Virus record (IMG/VR): IMGVR_UViG_3300005095_000123 | Span: 1 to 53,050 of that record | DNA from: a virus | Taxonomy: Duplodnaviria; Caudoviricetes | Strand: one strand, 5' to 3' | Length of the DNA: 53,050 nucleotides | Shown: one piece after another, positions 46,668 through 53,050 of the stretch | Position numbering within the stretch: the stretch's first letter is position 1 | Layout of the letters: each line of letters begins with the position of its first letter | Position numbers and translations under genes: made by a program | Notes under the pieces: model-generated | Told to the model about the DNA's origin: nothing | Seen by the model: the letters and a program-made list of their open reading frames with translations, nothing else | Database searches by the model: none

Positions 46668-47911
46668 TTCATCTCTGCTCCTATTTTGGAGTAAAACTTT
46701 TGCCTTGACTTAAACCAGTTACGTAAGACGACGCTCGATCCGTCTAATAGGTCTATGACGACCGGATTTTTCTTTCCCGGGGCCGTCCGAACTACCCGTC
46801 CTACGGCCTGTGCCACGTCGGCCCGTGGCGAGGCCATTATGAGGGTATCTAGTTCGGGGAGATCGAAACCCCTCCCGGCCACGCCGTAGGTAGCGACGAT
46901 AACCTGCCCGGTCGTGTCAACGGAGTTTCCTATGGCTACGGAGGCGCTTACGCCTCGCCCTTGCAGTTCCCGGGCCAAAGAGACGGCGTGCGCCCGGCGG
47001 TCCACCAGAATAAGGACACGCCGGCCCTTGCGAGCGGCCTTCTCGGCCAAGTCCACTATGAGCTTGTTTCGTTCTTTGTCCTTGGCAAGGGAATTGTAGA
47101 GGGCTCCCAGGTTCAGGTTTCCGTCTGGCCTATGGCGCACGGTCGGCTTGGCTTTTGTAGGAACGACGACCACCTTTGGGATCATTGGGAGGACTATCTC
47201 CGGCCCCTGGGGCCGGATGGTAGGTCCGACGTGCCAGTTAAAGAGGGGATGCATCCCGTCCTTACGCTCGGGCGTGGCCGATAGGCCGAGGCGCTTCTTA
47301 TCCCAGAAAAGTTTGACCGCCCTATGGAAATGTTCCGTGGCGGCCTCGTGGCATTCATCCCAAATAGAGAGGCCGAAGGCCGTGTAGAGCGCCCGCTTGT
47401 CCAGGCGCTCGCCCATCGAGAGGGTTTTCAGCATGGCCACCACGATGGGGCGGTCGAGGATGCACCGGTCCTGGACGATTATCCCGGGTTCTACCCTAGT
47501 CCACTTGTGGATCGCCCTTACCCATTGAGTAAACAGCGTGCGGGAGGGGACGACGATGACGGTCCGCAGGCCGAGCTTGTGGGCCACGTAGAGGCCCATG
47601 ACCGTCTTTCCCTTACCGGTGGGGGCCGCAAGAATGGCCCCCGGGTGTTTTCCAAACGTTTGGAACGCCCTCCGAAGGAGCGTCTCCTGGTCCTCCCGGA
47701 GCTCCCCTCGAAAGGGGATTTCCTCCTCCGGCCAGTCCCGCTCCTCCGGCAGGGCACCGGCCCAGGCCCTCGGGACGAGGAAGCCGTGCGGGGTCTTTTT
47801 GAAGGCCGAGTAATACTTGCTCTGGTATTTGTTCCAGAGCGTAAGGGCCTTCATCTGCCCCGGCGTTAGTTCGTCCACGAGGGCCTGTGACCGACACTTG
47901 AGGACCCTCAT
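46658..47911 (-). CDS. Superfamily 2 (DExH) helicase
   Basis: APTGKGKT, DECH, GLSATP, GFDLP, QAVGRVVR. Confidence 0.92.
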   Translation of the reverse strand: MRVLKCRSQALVDELTPGQMKALTLWNKYQSKYYSAFKKTPHGFLVPRAWAGALPEERDWPEEEIPFRGELREDQETLLRRAFQTFGKHPGAILAAPTGKGKTVMGLYVAHKLGLRTVIVVPSRTLFTQWVRAIHKWTRVEPGIIVQDRCILDRPIVVAMLKTLSMGERLDKRALYTAFGLSIWDECHEAATEHFHRAVKLFWDKKRLGLSATPERKDGMHPLFNWHVGPTIRPQGPEIVLPMIPKVVVVPTKAKPTVRHRPDGNLNLGALYNSLAKDKERNKLIVDLAEKAARKGRRVLILVDRRAHAVSLARELQGRGVSASVAIGNSVDTTGQVIVATYGVAGRGFDLPELDTLIMASPRADVAQAVGRVVRTAPGKKNPVVIDLLDGSSVVLRNWFKSRQKFYSKIGAEMKWL

Positions 47912-48180
47912 AGGTCCTCCATGAGCTCCTCGACGCCGGTCTCCTTACGGGCCAGCTCGGCCCGGATCTTTTCTTCTTCGACGTCGAGGATCTTCTTCAC
48001 AAATCTCTTATGCTTCTCCACGTCCTTCGTCGTCTTTATAGGGGCCGAGACGCCGGCCTGGATGGACCGGCTCTCGTAGTTCCCCAGGTTTATCGTCCTC
48101 TTCTCCGAATAAGTGAAGACCGTCGGATAGACGATCTTCATGATTGGTTCCTTACTCATCATCCTCCTCCAGGGCCTCAA
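47908..48180 (-). CDS. Hypothetical protein
   Basis: RTINLGNYES motif; precise start uncertain. Confidence 0.6.
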   Translation of the reverse strand: MRPWRRMMSKEPIMKIVYPTVFTYSEKRTINLGNYESRSIQAGVSAPIKTTKDVEKHKRFVKKILDVEEEKIRAELARKETGVEELMEDL

Positions 48181-49168
48181 TGTCGGCCATGAGGGCGTCG
48201 AGGCCCTCGATGTCCTCTCCTTCCTCAGCCAGCAGGGCGTCGGCCTCTTCCTCTACCACCTCTTCCTTTTTCTTCTTCGGACGACCCCGCTTCTTAGGTT
48301 TCTCCTCTACGGCCTCCTCTTCCTCCTTCTTTTTCTTGGGCCGACCCCGCTTTTTAGGCTTTTCCTCCTCTACTTGAGGCTCCTCCTCTTCCTTTTTCTT
48401 CTTCGGCGGGCGTCCCCGCTTCCTCGGCTTTGGAGCCTCCTCCTCGGGCTCCTCTTCCTCTTCATCCTCTTCCTCATCGAGAGGCTCCGGCTCGCCCTCT
48501 ATAAGAGCCTCGTCCTCCCCGGGCTCCTCGTCGTCCTCTTCGAGGACCGCATCGAGGTCCTCTTCTTCGAGGATGGAGTCGCCCTCGACAGGGACGACGA
48601 AGCCCAAGGCCTCGAGCTCCTCGTCCGTAGGAGGAGCGAGGACTTTCTCATACTCAAAGGGGACGGCGAACTCCCCTTTGAGTCGGACACGCCCGAGGAC
48701 TTCGACAACAATTCCCGTATTGGGATCTTTGTTCGTGTAGCGCTTGAGCCTGATTTTCAGGCCAACCAGGCTCTTATGCTTCTCTTTGAGTTCTATAAGT
48801 TGTTTGGCCAAGGTGCTCTTGGCAGGAAGGAGCACCTTTCTGGCCTTCAAGACCCGCCCGTCTTGCGTGGTAAACGGACGGAGATCAATTGCCGTGTAGA
48901 AGGTAACGCCGGCGGGACGACGACCCTTCACCTGACAAATCCGGCAGGGTCGCAATCCCTCGGAACAGGTGAGATTTACCCACCTGTTTCCGATTTGGAC
49001 GGTGTGGACTTCACACCAGAACGGGTCGTCATCGACTAGGACGACAACCGCCTCCTCCCCCGGCTTCAACCAAAACCAGGGGACCGATTTCTCTTTCAAA
49101 AGTTTGCTTACCTTCTCCTGGCGCTCCAGCGCCGTGATCGCTTCCTGTCCTCGCTTATACCAACTCAT
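48152..49168 (-). CDS. Probable single-stranded DNA-binding protein with an acidic, AT-hook-containing tail
   Basis: Position between primase and helicase; Zn-like H/C..CxxC; very acidic C-terminus with three KRGRP motifs. Confidence 0.65.
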   Translation of the reverse strand: MSWYKRGQEAITALERQEKVSKLLKEKSVPWFWLKPGEEAVVVLVDDDPFWCEVHTVQIGNRWVNLTCSEGLRPCRICQVKGRRPAGVTFYTAIDLRPFTTQDGRVLKARKVLLPAKSTLAKQLIELKEKHKSLVGLKIRLKRYTNKDPNTGIVVEVLGRVRLKGEFAVPFEYEKVLAPPTDEELEALGFVVPVEGDSILEEEDLDAVLEEDDEEPGEDEALIEGEPEPLDEEEDEEEEEPEEEAPKPRKRGRPPKKKKEEEEPQVEEEKPKKRGRPKKKKEEEEAVEEKPKKRGRPKKKKEEVVEEEADALLAEEGEDIEGLDALMADIEALEEDDE

Positions 49169-50031
49169 ACCTTCCTCCTTAAATTTGATTTTTTTAACAC
49201 CCGGCGGATCAAATTTCTTTCAACGATTTCCGCCGGGTCTTTCGCACCATAATAATTAACCACTTCGTATATGTCAAGAAAACCCTTGAACTTTCTGTAA
49301 CACAGCTCCTTGAAAAAATGCCCTTCCTTATCGTCGTCGAGAAAAAGGACGACCGCCTTATAAAGGGCACGGACGGTGCGGAGCTGGCCGTCCGACGGGT
49401 TTCCCAAAAAACCGAGTGTGTGGACGTAACGGGAAAGGAGGATCGTGTCCCGGTCGCCCTCTACGAGAAAGACGTATTTTTTCCGAGGCAGGTGGATGCC
49501 GTAAAGCTCTGTTTTCTTCCAGTCTGACGGGTCGAAGAGGAAAAATTTTTTATCGCTGAGATAACGGAATTTTATTGCCCGAAGATTTTTGTCTCTGTCG
49601 TAAAGAGGATAGACGAGGGCCTTATTCGTCGGATCGAACTTTATCTGCCACTTCTCGATGTCCTCTTTCGTAAGGCCCATTATCTCCGGGGCGTCCGGCA
49701 GGTCTCGAAGGAAGTCGTCGTGGATCGGTTGGATCTCCTTTTTGATCTTTTTTCTCCCTCTATTTTTGAGGAATTTTTTGATGTCCCGTTCGAGGGCGTA
49801 GTCATAGCGGCGGGTGTAGCGGGCGAGCTCCCGGGGAAGTCTGGATAGGGGGCCGTGAATGCGGCACCCGAAGCAGTTGAATCCGCCGTCTTCGGAGATA
49901 CCGAAGCTGGGGTGCTTGTCGCCGTTGGTGTGCCTCCAAGGAGCGAACGGGCAGGAGAACATGACCCATCCCTGTCCTACCGGACGGGCGTTTGGGCTAA
50001 AGTGCTTCCGTGCCAATTCCAGCAGAGTCAT
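49165..50031 (-). CDS. DNA primase (Zn finger plus TOPRIM)
   Basis: CPF...H...PSF...CFGC; LVEGDRD; LFLDDDKEG. Confidence 0.9.
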   Translation of the reverse strand: MTLLELARKHFSPNARPVGQGWVMFSCPFAPWRHTNGDKHPSFGISEDGGFNCFGCRIHGPLSRLPRELARYTRRYDYALERDIKKFLKNRGRKKIKKEIQPIHDDFLRDLPDAPEIMGLTKEDIEKWQIKFDPTNKALVYPLYDRDKNLRAIKFRYLSDKKFFLFDPSDWKKTELYGIHLPRKKYVFLVEGDRDTILLSRYVHTLGFLGNPSDGQLRTVRALYKAVVLFLDDDKEGHFFKELCYRKFKGFLDIYEVVNYYGAKDPAEIVERNLIRRVLKKSNLRRKV

Positions 50032-51196
50032 CCTCTCCGAACTCCCCTTTCAGCCAATTCCACTTGAGCGGAACGGCCACGTCGGCTACGGATTTTCTGG
50101 ACGCAACGATTTGCATTTTTCGTTGCTCCTCCGGGCCGTTCTGCTCCTTTGTGATGGCCACGAGAAACGAGACGATTTGCCCTATCGCATCGGATAGGGC
50201 CACGTGAGCGGTGTCCAGGTTCTTTGCCCGGGCCGCCTCCCTATTGAGTTGGTAGGAGCAAATGATCGGGAGCCGTGCCCGCATGGCGACCCGCTTGATC
50301 TCTTCGATGATGTAGCGGGCCTTTTCCCAATCGGTCCGGAGCCATCGTGGCCCCGGGATCAAGTAGGCCGCATCAATGAATATCAATTCCGGCGAGAAAG
50401 CTTCTATAAGGGGATAGAGGTCGGTCACGGCCTTGATGGCCGAGCTTTCTACGAAGAGAAAGTTTTTCTTTATCTTCTCCATCTCCTCTTCGATTTTCTT
50501 TTCGACGAACGATGAGATGCGTCCTTGGTAGAAGATGGTCGGGCTGGTTTTGAGGACTATCCCCCACAGGCGGGCGTAGATCTCTTCCTTGGCGAGCTCC
50601 ATCGAGACGAACATGGTCCGATGATTTCGGACCACGTGGTTGAAGGACCAAACGAGATACTGCGATTTGCCCGACTTGGGCCTGCCTGTAAAGGCCCACA
50701 CGTCGCCCCGGGAATAGCCTCCCGTTATCGTGTCTAATAGGGGCCATCCCGTCTCTATCCCCACGAGGCCCTTGAGCGAGGAAACACGAGCGTCGTCTAT
50801 GACCTGCTTCACGTCGGAAAGAAGGTCGTCCTCGGAGATGACGACATGCTCGTGGGTCATCTTGTCGAGGGCCTCCGACATGAGGACCCGGAGCGCCCGG
50901 GATAGACCCTGATGCGGATTCTCGGCCCCCCGCAGGTCGTCCGCCACGTCGAGCAAGACCTGTTGCAGGTGCCTCTCGTAGAGGGTGTCGAGGTAATACT
51001 CAATCGGATGGTCCTCGAAATCCGCCGGCGGGTCCTTCGGCGGGGGCGGGAGAACGCCGTATTTCTTCAAATATTTCTTTATGGCCCGTAGGAATCTAAG
51101 CTCTTCCTCTACGAGCCACTTCTTTTTTACCTTTTGTAGAGCGTCCGCCCGCTTTTCTTTGAGTATCTTGTAAAGTAAATGCTCCCCTATGAGCAT
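49997..51196 (-). CDS. DnaB-like replicative helicase
   Basis: GIETGW, GRPKSGKS, VSMEL, IFIDAAYL, QLNRE, SDAIGQ. Confidence 0.92.
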   Translation of the reverse strand: MLIGEHLLYKILKEKRADALQKVKKKWLVEEELRFLRAIKKYLKKYGVLPPPPKDPPADFEDHPIEYYLDTLYERHLQQVLLDVADDLRGAENPHQGLSRALRVLMSEALDKMTHEHVVISEDDLLSDVKQVIDDARVSSLKGLVGIETGWPLLDTITGGYSRGDVWAFTGRPKSGKSQYLVWSFNHVVRNHRTMFVSMELAKEEIYARLWGIVLKTSPTIFYQGRISSFVEKKIEEEMEKIKKNFLFVESSAIKAVTDLYPLIEAFSPELIFIDAAYLIPGPRWLRTDWEKARYIIEEIKRVAMRARLPIICSYQLNREAARAKNLDTAHVALSDAIGQIVSFLVAITKEQNGPEEQRKMQIVASRKSVADVAVPLKWNWLKGEFGEDDSAGIGTEAL

Positions 51197-51660
51197 TTTA
51201 GCCTCCGTGCCATCTCCATCGCCTCCGTCACTTCTTCTTCATTGTAGGAGAGGCCCGCCCGGTCGAGGGCCTCTCGCAGGTCTTTTTCGCTAACGGACGA
51301 TAAGGCCAGGGATAGGAGAAGCGGGTCGAAGCGCTTTTGAGGTCTGGGTTTCTCTTTCAAGTCGGCACGCTTCGTTACCCCGGGTGTCTTTGGTGTTGTG
51401 GGCAGACGGGAGAGTAAGAGGAGAGCCACTTTTGGGGAGAGCCAGGGGGCCTCGATGTCCTCCAGGCCCTCGTCGTAGAGGGCCTTTACACACCGCAGGG
51501 CCTCCTCCGGGTCTAGGCCCCGCTTCCGCGCGGCCTCTACGAACGACCGCACGTCCTCCGGCTCTATTCGCTTCAAGAGCGCCTTCGGCAGTCCCGCTAC
51601 CCTCCAAAAGCCGATCCGCGTCATGACCCTATATCGTAGCAGGAGATCGCCGACCTGCAA
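51187..51660 (-). CDS. Hypothetical protein
   Basis: First ORF of the replication operon; start uncertain. Confidence 0.55.
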   Translation of the reverse strand: MQVGDLLLRYRVMTRIGFWRVAGLPKALLKRIEPEDVRSFVEAARKRGLDPEEALRCVKALYDEGLEDIEAPWLSPKVALLLLSRLPTTPKTPGVTKRADLKEKPRPQKRFDPLLLSLALSSVSEKDLREALDRAGLSYNEEEVTEAMEMARRLKCS

Positions 51661-51720
51661 AGAGTTCTGGGCCTCGTCAAATTTACGTCACACCCGAGAA
51701 CGAAAAACCGCAGAAAGTTC

Positions 51721-51749
51721 TTGACTTTTTTGAACCGACGAGTTAAGGT
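51721..51749 (+). promoter_or_regulatory. Putative sigma70 promoter for the rightward genes
   Basis: TTGACT-17 bp-TAAGGT upstream of an AGGAGGAGG RBS. Confidence 0.5.
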
Positions 51750-51781
51750 GTCAAAAAATAAAGGTAAAGGAGGAGGAAACC

Positions 51782-52180
51782 ATGAAACAGAGGGAGCTTT
51801 TTAAGGATGTAGAGGAGAAGAAGGAAGGGTCCCGGCAGAAGGGATCCGAGCTCGTCCGCCTCGTTGACCGCTACGGCGAGCTCACGGAGATGGAGAAGAA
51901 GATCCGTGAGCTCAAGGAGAAGATAAAACAAAGAATTCTCAAGAAGGTGGAGCCCCCCATTACCCTCAAAGGGCTCCGTTACTCGCTGGACGTGCAAAAG
52001 GTCCAGCGTGTCGTTATCTCGCCGGAGAAGGCCCTGGAGATCCTGGGGAAGGACATCTTCCTCAGGATCGTGAGCGTCAAGGCGGAGGCCGCCAAGAAGG
52101 TGGCCACGCCGGAAGAGTATGAACGGATGATCGAGCGGACCGTGGAGACGGTCCGGCTCGTGGCCAAGCCGAACGAATAG
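51782..52180 (+). CDS. Hypothetical protein
   Basis: Strong RBS; coiled-coil N-terminus. Confidence 0.7.
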   Translation: MKQRELFKDVEEKKEGSRQKGSELVRLVDRYGELTEMEKKIRELKEKIKQRILKKVEPPITLKGLRYSLDVQKVQRVVISPEKALEILGKDIFLRIVSVKAEAAKKVATPEEYERMIERTVETVRLVAKPNE

Positions 52181-52188
52181 GGGGTCCT

Positions 52189-52341
52189 ATGTTGTGTCCC
52201 GCCTGCAACGGCTATGGATCGTGGGAGTTTTGGGGCCGTCGGGAGACCTGCCCGGTCTGCGGCGGCTCCGGGGAAATAGAGGAAGAGGAGGAAGGAGATG
52301 TTGAAAGTGAGGATTCCGGCTTTGTCTGTGAAAGAGGTTGA
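52189..52341 (+). CDS. 50-aa DnaJ-type zinc-finger mini-protein (absent from the ORF track)
   Basis: MLCPACNGYG...TCPVCGGSGEI contains two CxxCxGxG repeats; AGGGGG RBS. Confidence 0.7.
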   Translation: MLCPACNGYGSWEFWGRRETCPVCGGSGEIEEEEEGDVESEDSGFVCERG

Positions 52342-52840
52342 CGGTCGGCGGTTCTACTACGCCGACTTTGGATCCGAGACCCACGGGCGGACGACGTTCC
52401 GGCTGTGGGTTCACCACTCCCTCGTCGCCAAAGACGAGGAAGGAAACGCCTACCTTGAACCCGGCACGGAAGGCCGGGTCTTCCAGGGTAAGCACCCAAA
52501 GACCAAGATCCTCCGGCCCTCACCGGAGAGGTGGATAGTCGTTGTGTATTGTCCTTGCGGATACCGAGGGTCCGCCACGATAACGCCTACGACTCCCGGC
52601 GTCGAGGCGGTCAAGTTCTGGGAATATCGATCTCCTCGAGGGAACCTCGGGATCTCCGAGGGGGCGATTCTGGTGGTGCCGGCCAACCACGACGCCGTTA
52701 CGGTCCATTGGGAGCGGACCGGGCGGCTCTACGGGGCGGAGCCGGAGGGCACGGCCATCGTGCATAAGGACGGGCGGATAGAGGGTGTCGAGGCGACGGA
52801 CCTGTGTGAGATAGAGGATCTCGGCGCCCCGACAGACTAA
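52298..52840 (+). CDS. Hypothetical protein
   Basis: 180 aa with a GGAGG/AAGGAG RBS. Confidence 0.7.
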   Translation: MLKVRIPALSVKEVDGRRFYYADFGSETHGRTTFRLWVHHSLVAKDEEGNAYLEPGTEGRVFQGKHPKTKILRPSPERWIVVVYCPCGYRGSATITPTTPGVEAVKFWEYRSPRGNLGISEGAILVVPANHDAVTVHWERTGRLYGAEPEGTAIVHKDGRIEGVEATDLCEIEDLGAPTD

Positions 52841-52868
52841 TTTCCAAACGTTTGGAAAGGAGGGCATC

Positions 52869-53050
52869 ATGCTCGTATTTAAGAAAAGAGATGGACTTTA
52901 CGTCATAGAGGAGACCGGGGAGGTCTCTGTCGGCGGTGCGTGGAGTGCGTTGATAAACGAAGGGAAGACGGAGGAATACACGTTGGAAGTATGGGTGCAG
53001 TTTCGGCGTCCGCACGACAAGGAAGAAATAACGATTGCCGAATGCACTCC
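52869..53050 (+). CDS. Hypothetical protein, truncated by the window end
   Basis: AAGGAGG RBS, ATG 52869, open to the end (MLVFKKRDGLYVIEE...). Confidence 0.6.
   Translation, partial: MLVFKKRDGLYVIEETGEVSVGGAWSALINEGKTEEYTLEVWVQFRRPHDKEEITIAECT

Larger units (their letters stand above)
76..52857. repeat. Dispersed perfect 16-bp palindrome TTCCAAACGTTTGGAA, 12 copies
   Basis: Copies start at 76, 5166, 6750, 10640, 15507, 22545, 26220, 30249, 34666, 44932, 47650 and 52842. Confidence 0.95.

Noticed and set aside
49286-49302. Near-match of guide unit 1316-1342 to the primase gene
   Set aside because: Needs a 1-nt overlap and three mismatches in AT-rich sequence; compatible with chance
1-53050. 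tRNA, rRNA, integrase or att sites, terminal repeats
   Set aside because: None recognised by eye; the window ends inside a gene, so termini cannot be assessed. tRNAscan-SE would be needed to exclude tRNAs.

Overview
The window is most of a ~53 kb tailed dsDNA phage genome. It is podovirus-like and no integrase is visible. The host is probably a thermophilic Gram-negative bacterium with selenocysteine and exosortase machinery (inference). Modules: a minus-strand accessory block (143-6004); a structured non-coding region (~6050-6990); HU; a nucleotide and lysis block (dCTP deaminase, VRR-NUC nuclease, antisense AdoMet decarboxylase, M15 endolysin, holin); intein-containing TerL, portal, scaffold, capsid, tail and a 2319-aa internal virion protein on the plus strand; and a minus-strand replication block (UDG-PolA, Cas4-like nuclease, endonuclease I, RecA, SF2 helicase, SSB, primase, DnaB). 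Highlights: (1) a 29-unit, ~36-nt dual-repeat/dual-spacer array at 578-1648 with TIGR architecture, whose probable effector, a nuclease-less Nop/IS110-like TasA-type protein (9682-10341), lies 8 kb away inside the lysis cassette; (2) an unannotated basic ORF running into the array, with an in-frame UGA followed by a SECIS-like hairpin (candidate phage selenoprotein); (3) twelve perfect copies of the 16-bp palindrome TTCCAAACGTTTGGAA spread genome-wide, seven of them inside genes; (4) a secreted CxxCH plus PEP-CTERM protein. All calls come from reading the sequence by eye; no database searches were run.
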